This document shows, one piece after another, positions 56,627 through 64,000 of a stretch of DNA of 64,000 nt. The DNA lies in IMG/VR virus record IMGVR_UViG_3300024322_000001; one strand, written 5' to 3'. Each line of letters opens with the position of its first letter. The first letter of the stretch is position 1. Source of the stretch: a virus (Duplodnaviria > Caudoviricetes). Under the pieces are notes generated by a model. It was not told where the DNA came from, did no database searches, and saw only the letters and a list, made by a program, of their open reading frames with translations. The position numbers were made by a program, and so were the translations under genes.

Positions 56627-58195
56627 TTACTCTGTGTAGATGTAAATCTCTCCACCATCTACTCTAATGTTACCATTCTTTCTATAAGCTGCAAGATCTG
56701 AAGTAACTACTGCTGAAGCATAAGCATCTGCTGTAATTGCTGTCTGTCCTTCAGTTGCTCCTGCTGCATCAAATGCCCATCTTTCTTCTGAGTTATCCCA
56801 TCCGAAAGATACACCAGCTCCTTCTACAACTATACCACCATCGGCAGCAGAACCACCATCGTTCAAGTTGATGAATTGATCTGTTACATTTAAGTTAGTT
56901 ACGTCAACAGTAGTAGTATCACCGCTTACTGTTAAATTACCAGTTACTACTAAATCGTTTCCGATAGTAATAGTATCGTTTGAATCTCCAATAGTTAGAG
57001 TACCTAAGTTAGCATTAAGAGCGGCTTTTACGTTAGTAGTATCAGTAACGTCTGCATTATCTTCTACACCTGTTGCAGTTGAGTATGTACTGTTATCTAC
57101 AGTATAAGTACCTGCACCAGTTCTTTTCATAAATCCGTTGGATGTAAAATCTCCATCCATAATAGCACCTGCTGCTGCTACATTAGTTGCATCTGTTATA
57201 TCTGCTAAGGCTTCAATATTAGATAATTTGGATCTTTCTGTTGATGTGATAATTGCTCCTGAACCTACAGAACTAACATCTGATAAATCAGTTACACTCT
57301 CACCAGAAATATCTTGTAAAGCAGTATCTGCTCTACCACCTTGTGCTGCTGTTGCAAAAGTTGATTTATCTTCTATTGCTGCTGTTCCTAAACCTAAAGT
57401 AGCTCTAGCTGTTCCAGCATCTACATCATCAACTAAAGTTGCACCGAAAGTACTTACTTTAGATCCAGGAAAAGCATTATCTGCTTTAATTCCTTGTGCT
57501 GCAGTTGCATAGTCTGAAGAATCAAAAGATTTAACCTGTGCAAGGTTAGTTACTTCTGAATCCATTAATGCACCTGAAATATCTAAAGCTAAAGCTCCGG
57601 AAACTGCTGATAATTCTGCATCTGTTGCAAAGTTAGCATCTAATGAACCAGTGAAAGTATTTAATGCTCCAATCGAACCTCTTTCTGCTGCTGTGATTAT
57701 TTGTCCTGAACCTGCAGAACTTACATCTGTTAAATCAGTTACACTCTCACCAGAAATATCCTGTAAAGCATTATCTGCTGTATTACCTTGTGCTGCTGTT
57801 GCAAAAGCTGATTTATCTTCTAATGCTGCTGATCCTAAACCTAAAGTAGTTTGAGCTGCAGTAGCATTTGCATCATCAACTAAGCTAGCACCAAACGTCG
57901 ATATTGTTGTGTTAGCTGGTAGAGATAATGTTTTAATATCTGCATCAACTTCTGTGTCCATTAATGCTCCAGCTGCTTGTACATTTGTAAAATCAGTTAC
58001 GTCTGCGTTATTTTCAACACCTGTTGCTGTACTATAAGTACCGAAATCACTAATCTGTGATTCAGTAATAGTAATGTCACCTTCATGTGCGGTTACATCT
58101 CCTGATGTGACCGTATAATCGGTTAAGTAATTTGCATCGTTAGCAAGCTGTGCAACGCCACTGCCTGAAACGATAATTTTTTTCCATTCTGCCAT
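56627..58195 (-). CDS. virion fibre-like protein with internal duplication
   Basis: N-terminus MAEWKKIIVSGS resembles the fibre's MPNWKKVITSGS; a ~75-aa unit is repeated 447 bp apart. Confidence 0.7.
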   Translation of the reverse strand: MAEWKKIIVSGSGVAQLANDANYLTDYTVTSGDVTAHEGDITITESQISDFGTYSTATGVENNADVTDFTNVQAAGALMDTEVDADIKTLSLPANTTISTFGASLVDDANATAAQTTLGLGSAALEDKSAFATAAQGNTADNALQDISGESVTDLTDVSSAGSGQIITAAERGSIGALNTFTGSLDANFATDAELSAVSGALALDISGALMDSEVTNLAQVKSFDSSDYATAAQGIKADNAFPGSKVSTFGATLVDDVDAGTARATLGLGTAAIEDKSTFATAAQGGRADTALQDISGESVTDLSDVSSVGSGAIITSTERSKLSNIEALADITDATNVAAAGAIMDGDFTSNGFMKRTGAGTYTVDNSTYSTATGVEDNADVTDTTNVKAALNANLGTLTIGDSNDTITIGNDLVVTGNLTVSGDTTTVDVTNLNVTDQFINLNDGGSAADGGIVVEGAGVSFGWDNSEERWAFDAAGATEGQTAITADAYASAVVTSDLAAYRKNGNIRVDGGEIYIYTE

Positions 58196-58252
58196 GTTAA
58201 ATAATTTTAAATTTTAATTGTTTTTTGTTACTATAATAAATATGTTATACTT

Positions 58253-58894
58253 CTAAATACCGAAATAAAAATTACCGTCAATATCTCTATACATCCCGCC
58301 ATCTACCGGTGGTGGAGTTACTGATTGAGAAGTAAACACTAATACTCCATTTCCTTGAATTGAAAACATTTGTTTAGAACCTGAATTGATAGTTATCGGA
58401 TCAGATGAACCGTTATATTGGAATTCAATTGAACCGGTAACTTGTAAGTCGTTAGTTGTTGAATATGCTGAACCTGTTGCAGTAAATATACCGCTTGTAG
58501 CTAATCCATTAATTGCATTGATAAAGTGACTAGAGCCTGTGTCTAATGATAGAGTAGCAGCACCTGAATTTGCTCCTCCTGATAATCCGTCACCTGCAGT
58601 AACAGCAGTTATATCTCCTGATCCGTCGCCACCTCCTCCAGGCCATGCGAAACTTTCAAATGTATACGTACTAAATGGAAATGAACCGGCAATTACTAAT
58701 TGGTATAATTCTTCTGTTCCATTAATATAGAAAATTTGACCATTCGTCAGCTTTCCTTTTAATGTAGCACTACCTGTATAAGCATTCATATCAGCTACAG
58801 TATCAACTGTCTGCCATCCACCTTGTATTGCGGTAATGTCTGTTAACTTACCGCCTGTGGTTATCGCTATATCTGTACTAATGTTTATTGGCAT
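58253..58894 (-). CDS. putative structural protein
   Basis: GGGGDGSGDITAVTAGDGLSGG fibre-junction motif. Confidence 0.6.
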   Translation of the reverse strand: MPINISTDIAITTGGKLTDITAIQGGWQTVDTVADMNAYTGSATLKGKLTNGQIFYINGTEELYQLVIAGSFPFSTYTFESFAWPGGGGDGSGDITAVTAGDGLSGGANSGAATLSLDTGSSHFINAINGLATSGIFTATGSAYSTTNDLQVTGSIEFQYNGSSDPITINSGSKQMFSIQGNGVLVFTSQSVTPPPVDGGMYRDIDGNFYFGI

Positions 58895-58906
58895 ATTCTA
58901 TAGGTA

Positions 58907-61900
58907 TTATTGTGTTGATGATGGAGCCGAACCACTCGACGCCATTAGAAAATAAGTTATATCAGATGTTGCATCTCCTTGTGTAAATAATACTCCAAAT
59001 CGATCAATAGAAGTGTTAGGGTAAGTATTACCGCTGTCAAAGTCAAAATATCTTACATAAGCAGATTGTGGTGCATCATTAATTCCTGTTCCAACCCTAT
59101 CTGCAAATAGAACATATTCTCCTGCTGTTGCTCCTCCTACACTATTTGCCATTGTTTTAGGTAGAGTAAAGTCTGAACCAGAAGGGAATACAATTACTAA
59201 ACTTGAATTTCCTTGTGAACCTGTAGCTTGATTTAAATCACTAAGTAGAGCAGTTGTTCTATCTCCGCTTAATCCTAATCCGCTTCCAACTTCTATTGTC
59301 TTAGTAATACCTAGCCCACTATGTATTGTATGAGTTATGGTACCTTGACCTATATTACCTCCTGCAAAAGCAGCAAATGTACTGTTAGCATCTGTTGTTC
59401 CGTCATCGTTTGCATCTCCTAACATTGTCAAAGCATTAGCTTCAGATGTAGCATAAACTCCACCTTCATACATATAAGCATACCAGCTCACTGCTGGTGC
59501 TGCAACTGTTATACTATCACTATCTGTTCCAACTTTATCAAATGAATCAGTTGCATTTGCAGTAAACGAATAAGTGCCAGCTGTTAACGAACTATTTGCT
59601 GTAATATTCCAAAGAGTACCGTTTTCGTTTGCCGATGTTACAGTAAAGTCTGAAGCATCTGTTCCTGATAAAGTTAATGTTATAGGGTAGTCTGATTCAG
59701 TATCTCCAACTGAGATAGTACCTACATTGGTTCCGTTGCTTATTTCTCCTTCTTTTAATCCGCTAGATAATGATATAGATACTGATGGGGCTAAATTAGC
59801 AAATACATTAGCTGTTACAGTACCAGAGCCTATATTACCAAATTGATCTTGATATGTTATAGTACTTACTATTGTATCACCCGAGCTTGTTGCAGAACCG
59901 CTTATATCAACTCCTAAACTTAAATTACCATTACTATTAATTACTATGGCTGCGTTAGAAGAAGTAAATGCTTGGACTGAAGGTGAACCGTATGACGTTG
60001 AATAGCTTACTCCTACGTCTGCTGCATTACCGTTATTATATCCAGTTGCATCTCTAAATACGTCTCCTGATTCAGCTGACTCTATTACGTATATTGTTGT
60101 GTCACCATTTAAGGTACCGTTGTCTGCTTGTGCTACTGTAAATGAATCTGATTCTGTACTAGTAGCAAATCCATGTTCATCTGTTATAGAGACAGAGTAT
60201 GTATAAGTAGCTGCTGGTAAATTAGTATTAGGCTGTATAAGGTAACTATTTCCACTTTTTACTGCATTAAGTTTACCTGAAGCATCTGTTAATATAAATG
60301 AACCATAATCAATTCCGTCTCCTTCATTATCTGAGAATGAAACCGTAGTTAAAGTATTGCCTGGTCTTGCTAAGTTCGTATTATGATTGCCAGCAGTATC
60401 ACTAAAGTATATAGTTGGTGCTGCATTATCAGTTATATTAACTGTAATTGATCCGCTTCCTATATTACCGTATTGATCTTGGAAATTAATAGTTGATGAT
60501 ATAGTACTACCTCCTACATTTCCACTGCCGCTAATATCGTTTCCAACAGTTAAGTTACCATTAGAATTAACAGCAATTAGTGCGTTAGATGAAGTAAATG
60601 CTTGCACTGCTTGACTACCATATGATGGTGAGTATGCTACGCTTAAATCTCCTTGGGTACCGCTTCTACCGCTTGTACCTAATACTATACTGTCTCCACT
60701 TTCTGCTGATTCAATTACGTATAAAGTTCCGTTTACACTTAATGAACCAACTACTGCTTGTGCAATAGTAAAGTTGTGAGTAGATGTTCTAGTAGCAAAT
60801 CCTTGTTGATCTGATATACTTGCTGTAATTTGGTAATTACCTGCTGCAAGCGTATCTGTAGCTCTAATTAAGTAGCTATCTCCTGATTTTACTGCGGTAA
60901 GATTAGCGCCTGCAAAAGTAGCAGAGAATGAGTCATGGTCTAAAGCATTTCCTTCTGGGTCAGAAAATGTAATAGTAACTAAGTTATTACTATTTGCTCT
61001 AGCTTTGTTTGTATTTAAATTAGCACTAGTATTACTAAACGTAATATTAGGTGCTTGATTATCTGTTACGTTAACAGAAAATGCTTGAGTAGAAAATGAA
61101 CCAAATGAATTAGTTGCTGTTACTACTCCATCTATTTGGGATCCTCCTGCTGTGGCAGAACCTGAAATATCTCTACCTGCAAATAAGTAACCAGAAGAAT
61201 CTATAGTAAAGTCGTTAGATGAGCTGACTGACCATGTTACTGATTGGTTAGATGAGAATATCGAGACAGTACCCGAGTATCCATTACTATTATCGTAAAT
61301 ATTATCTCCATTGACTGCAGACTCTATTACATATAATGTTGTGTCTCCACTTATTGAAGGAGTGGTATCATCAGCAATCGGTATACTTATCAGACCTTTA
61401 TCTGTACCTGTATTATATGCGTCAGTTACCCTTACTTCATATATGTACTTATTAATTATATCAGAGTTTAATAGAACTCCAGCTTTCCTTGTTACTACTC
61501 CATTAGTAGATATAGAAAAGGCATCTTCATGTGGATCTGTTGCTGCTGAAGTACCAGAGTAGGAACCAGTTGCTACTGGGTTTCCATCTAGTTCTAAACT
61601 ATGTAATCTAGCGTTTGCAAAAGTAATAGTATTTCCTTCTGGATCTGTTGCGGTGATGCTTCCTGCTGTTGTTCCATCGATACTACTTTCATTAACACCA
61701 GTAAGTGTTTGGTTATTAACAGTTGGCTGTGCATTATCTACTACTGTGATACTTATAGGTAGCATTGTTACTGCATCAGCATCGTCTCCTGCAACTGCAT
61801 GTTCATCAGAAGCAGTTATTGACATGTTGTACGATGTTATACTTTCATAATCTAAAGATGAAGTGACCTGTCTCAATTCTACGTAAGTAGCGTACTTAGT

Positions 61901-63400
61901 AAGACTAAAATGTCCTGATGCATCTGAGGCTGATGTGATAGTAATAGAATCGCTTTCTGAATCCGTAAAATATATTCTACTTACTAGCCCAGATACTGCA
62001 CTTTCATTTCTAGATGTGCTAAATGAACTAATTTGATTACCCGATATAGAAGTTTCTCTAAATATAGGGGCAGTGTTAGCAGTAACATTTAAATATATTG
62101 TTTTAGTACTAAATCCTCCAATTGTGTCTGTTGCTCTAATTACGACCGGGTGTGCTAGTGTTCCATCACCTCTATTGTCTGTATTAAAGTTTTCTGCTAT
62201 CGGTAAAACATTTAGTTTTAACACTCCATTCTCTATAGTAGCAAAATTCTCTGTATAAGTAGGGTCTATTGTAAAAGTAATAGCTTGAGATTCAGCATCT
62301 GAACCTGCTAAAGTTACTATTGAACTTCCAGAAGGAGTAAATTCTGCAATTGTTTGATTACCTGTTGTGATAGATGGTGCAGAGTTTGGATAAAACATTG
62401 CATCCAAGAAATCTGTTACTGTTCCTTCACTTCCAGGATTAAATGTATTGAATAAAGGATGAGCTGTGTTAGAAATTATTCTATTACCGTCATATGCAAC
62501 ATCTGAAGATGTTATAAACCCAAATTCTTCAATTTGTGCTGATGAGGATACTGTTCCTGAGGGTATACTTGCTCCACTTCCAGCATTTGCTAATTCAACC
62601 CACTCTCCGTTATGAGCAAAGTATGCTTTACCTGTTGCATGTACATGAGCAAACATTCCGTGATATGTAGATGCATTAGGTAAATCTGCTAATTGAGAAT
62701 ATACATTTCCAAATAGGACTTTGTTACCCCCCATATCTAAATCACCAGAAGTTACTGCTGATAGTATCTGAGTTGAAGATGATACTGTGCCTTCGGGAGT
62801 GCTGTCTCCACCTGCACCAAATCCTAAAGCAGATATTTGTGCTGAAGATGAAATAATACTTGAAGGTATACCTACTAAGTCATCATATGTACTTCCTGTT
62901 ATAAATCCTAATTCACTTATCTGTAAAGAAGATGATACTGTCCCACTTGGTACTTCTGCATCTACATCAAATCCTAAAGCAGTTATTTGTTCAGAAGATG
63001 ATATAATAAGTGCTGGTAACTCATTTAAAAATCCTAATCCTGATATTTGAGCAGAAGAGGATATTACATTACTTAAATCAGAGTCAACTAAATAAGAAGA
63101 AGTTGCTGCATTAAGTCCAGATATAGAGTTATTTAAAGAAGAAGAAAGAACATCTACTTCGTTTGATATAGAACCTGTAAAGTTATTTAAAGGAAGTAAG
63201 GAAGTGGTACTGCCACCGCCTGATTCTAATGCTTCAATACGATTTATTACATCAGTACCGTTGAAAGTTAATTTAGAACCCGTTATATTTAGAGAACCAG
63301 TTAAATGTAGGGATTCTATACCAGGGATAAGCTGGATAGGAGTTGAGCCGCTTCTTTCGAATGCTAACGAGCCTGATAATTTGCCGGTGAACTTAGTCAT
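58907..63400 (-). CDS. giant cadherin-like repeat virion protein (paralog of 16507..21852)
   Basis: SSLDYES, DN..P, YVIESA repeats; SSSAQI repeats near the N-terminus. Confidence 0.75.
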   Translation of the reverse strand: MTKFTGKLSGSLAFERSGSTPIQLIPGIESLHLTGSLNITGSKLTFNGTDVINRIEALESGGGSTTSLLPLNNFTGSISNEVDVLSSSLNNSISGLNAATSSYLVDSDLSNVISSSAQISGLGFLNELPALIISSSEQITALGFDVDAEVPSGTVSSSLQISELGFITGSTYDDLVGIPSSIISSSAQISALGFGAGGDSTPEGTVSSSTQILSAVTSGDLDMGGNKVLFGNVYSQLADLPNASTYHGMFAHVHATGKAYFAHNGEWVELANAGSGASIPSGTVSSSAQIEEFGFITSSDVAYDGNRIISNTAHPLFNTFNPGSEGTVTDFLDAMFYPNSAPSITTGNQTIAEFTPSGSSIVTLAGSDAESQAITFTIDPTYTENFATIENGVLKLNVLPIAENFNTDNRGDGTLAHPVVIRATDTIGGFSTKTIYLNVTANTAPIFRETSISGNQISSFSTSRNESAVSGLVSRIYFTDSESDSITITSASDASGHFSLTKYATYVELRQVTSSLDYESITSYNMSITASDEHAVAGDDADAVTMLPISITVVDNAQPTVNNQTLTGVNESSIDGTTAGSITATDPEGNTITFANARLHSLELDGNPVATGSYSGTSAATDPHEDAFSISTNGVVTRKAGVLLNSDIINKYIYEVRVTDAYNTGTDKGLISIPIADDTTPSISGDTTLYVIESAVNGDNIYDNSNGYSGTVSIFSSNQSVTWSVSSSNDFTIDSSGYLFAGRDISGSATAGGSQIDGVVTATNSFGSFSTQAFSVNVTDNQAPNITFSNTSANLNTNKARANSNNLVTITFSDPEGNALDHDSFSATFAGANLTAVKSGDSYLIRATDTLAAGNYQITASISDQQGFATRTSTHNFTIAQAVVGSLSVNGTLYVIESAESGDSIVLGTSGRSGTQGDLSVAYSPSYGSQAVQAFTSSNALIAVNSNGNLTVGNDISGSGNVGGSTISSTINFQDQYGNIGSGSITVNITDNAAPTIYFSDTAGNHNTNLARPGNTLTTVSFSDNEGDGIDYGSFILTDASGKLNAVKSGNSYLIQPNTNLPAATYTYSVSITDEHGFATSTESDSFTVAQADNGTLNGDTTIYVIESAESGDVFRDATGYNNGNAADVGVSYSTSYGSPSVQAFTSSNAAIVINSNGNLSLGVDISGSATSSGDTIVSTITYQDQFGNIGSGTVTANVFANLAPSVSISLSSGLKEGEISNGTNVGTISVGDTESDYPITLTLSGTDASDFTVTSANENGTLWNITANSSLTAGTYSFTANATDSFDKVGTDSDSITVAAPAVSWYAYMYEGGVYATSEANALTMLGDANDDGTTDANSTFAAFAGGNIGQGTITHTIHSGLGITKTIEVGSGLGLSGDRTTALLSDLNQATGSQGNSSLVIVFPSGSDFTLPKTMANSVGGATAGEYVLFADRVGTGINDAPQSAYVRYFDFDSGNTYPNTSIDRFGVLFTQGDATSDITYFLMASSGSAPSSTQ

Positions 63401-63454
63401 CTACTTTTATTAATTTTATCTATAGGTATAACCGACGGAATTTCACCCTTTACA

Positions 63455-63461
63455 ATAAATA
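63455..63461 (-). promoter_or_regulatory. putative late promoter motif TATTTAT (one of about 16 copies)
   Basis: The same heptamer lies upstream of nearly all structural transcription units; see findings. Confidence 0.6.
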
Positions 63462-63471
63462 GGACCTTTCT

Positions 63472-64000
63472 TTAAAGATCAGTCTCTGTTTCTGCACCAA
63501 ATTTTAACTCAGATTTAGTATAGAATTTTCTATTATTATGCGGGTGTGCGTTAATTGCGTCAGTTATTATATGTCCTAATAGGTTTATTTGAAATTCTGT
63601 TTTTATTATTCTATCATTACCTTGTACTATCTCTGCTGATGTAGTATAGTTGTTAATTTGTGCTCTAAATCTAAATTTACTTGGATCTCCCCAGTAGGAA
63701 TCAGAAGCAAAGTTAATACCTTCTATTATTTTGTTGTTTTGTTCAACATAATCGGTAAATATAATACAAGAATATACAATGTTTACATAATCAGGAATAG
63801 CAACTGCGTAATATTCCTCTACAGGCTTTCTACTATTAAGTACACCGAATCTATCGTAAATATTCTTCTTTGAAAATTCTTTTTTGAAGATGCCGAAGTT
63901 ATTTGGATTATTACCATCCATCTTATTACCTAACTGCCTGTTTTTTTCTAAACTATCCCTTCTAAACACAATTAACGGTGCTTGCATTTTACCGTTTTTA
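63472..64000 (-). CDS. tail terminator/sheath stabiliser (T4 gp15-like), N-terminus outside the window
   Basis: Frame open to the edge (KNGKMQAPLIVFRR); P.YVNI.Y...I.T.Y.EQ.NKIIE pattern. Confidence 0.6.
   Translation of the reverse strand, partial: KNGKMQAPLIVFRRDSLEKNRQLGNKMDGNNPNNFGIFKKEFSKKNIYDRFGVLNSRKPVEEYYAVAIPDYVNIVYSCIIFTDYVEQNNKIIEGINFASDSYWGDPSKFRFRAQINNYTTSAEIVQGNDRIIKTEFQINLLGHIITDAINAHPHNNRKFYTKSELKFGAETETDL

Noticed and set aside
63425-63450. GGGTGAAATTCC, resembling the FMN riboswitch T-loop
   Set aside because: The spacer is far too short and lacks the other FMN helices; at most a small hairpin.
1-64000. CRISPR array, diversity-generating retroelement, integrase or transposase
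   Set aside because: No regularly spaced repeat-spacer units, reverse transcriptase, adenine-specific TR/VR pair or recombinase seen; the repeats found are in-frame coding repeats.
1-64000. Stop-codon reassignment
   Set aside because: Conserved genes are full length and densely packed under the standard code, and no suppressor tRNA is present in the window.

Overview
An AT-rich segment of a large lytic myovirus genome, with essentially every real gene on the minus strand. The host is probably Bacteroidota/Flavobacteriia, judging from the TTG-N20-TATATT promoters, a Flavobacteria-like tRNA-Ala and an A|Q signal peptide. From left to right: (1) A family-A DNA polymerase cut by the window edge. 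(2) A complete 7-deazaguanine DNA-modification cluster (folE, queD, queE, queC, queF, a DpdA3-like transglycosylase, a PurN-like DpdN formyltransferase; predicted base fdPreQ1), interleaved with a phosphoribosyltransferase, a MazG-like NTP pyrophosphatase, a P-loop kinase, a cupin and an exported nuclease. (3) Two fibre genes, tRNA-Ala, thioredoxin, a giant cadherin/Ig-repeat protein and nrdAB. (4) A replication module: helicase, 5'-3' exonuclease, RecA/UvsX, SSB and a second, divergent PolA. (5) Contractile-tail genes: baseplate, tape measure, chaperone, tube, sheath. (6) A glycosyltransferase/APS-kinase/sulfotransferase cassette. (7) Tail fibres and adhesins. The main leads are: two preQ1-I-riboswitch-like leaders in front of the phage's own preQ1 biosynthesis operons, plus a third pseudoknot before queC; a phage-encoded PAPS-supply and glycan-sulfation module beside virion genes rich in an [ST]-[GSA]-S motif; accessory nucleotide enzymes hinting at pool-level handling of the modified G; and a U7 +1/-2 frameshift signature in the tail assembly chaperone. 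All calls come from reading motifs by eye; no searches were run.
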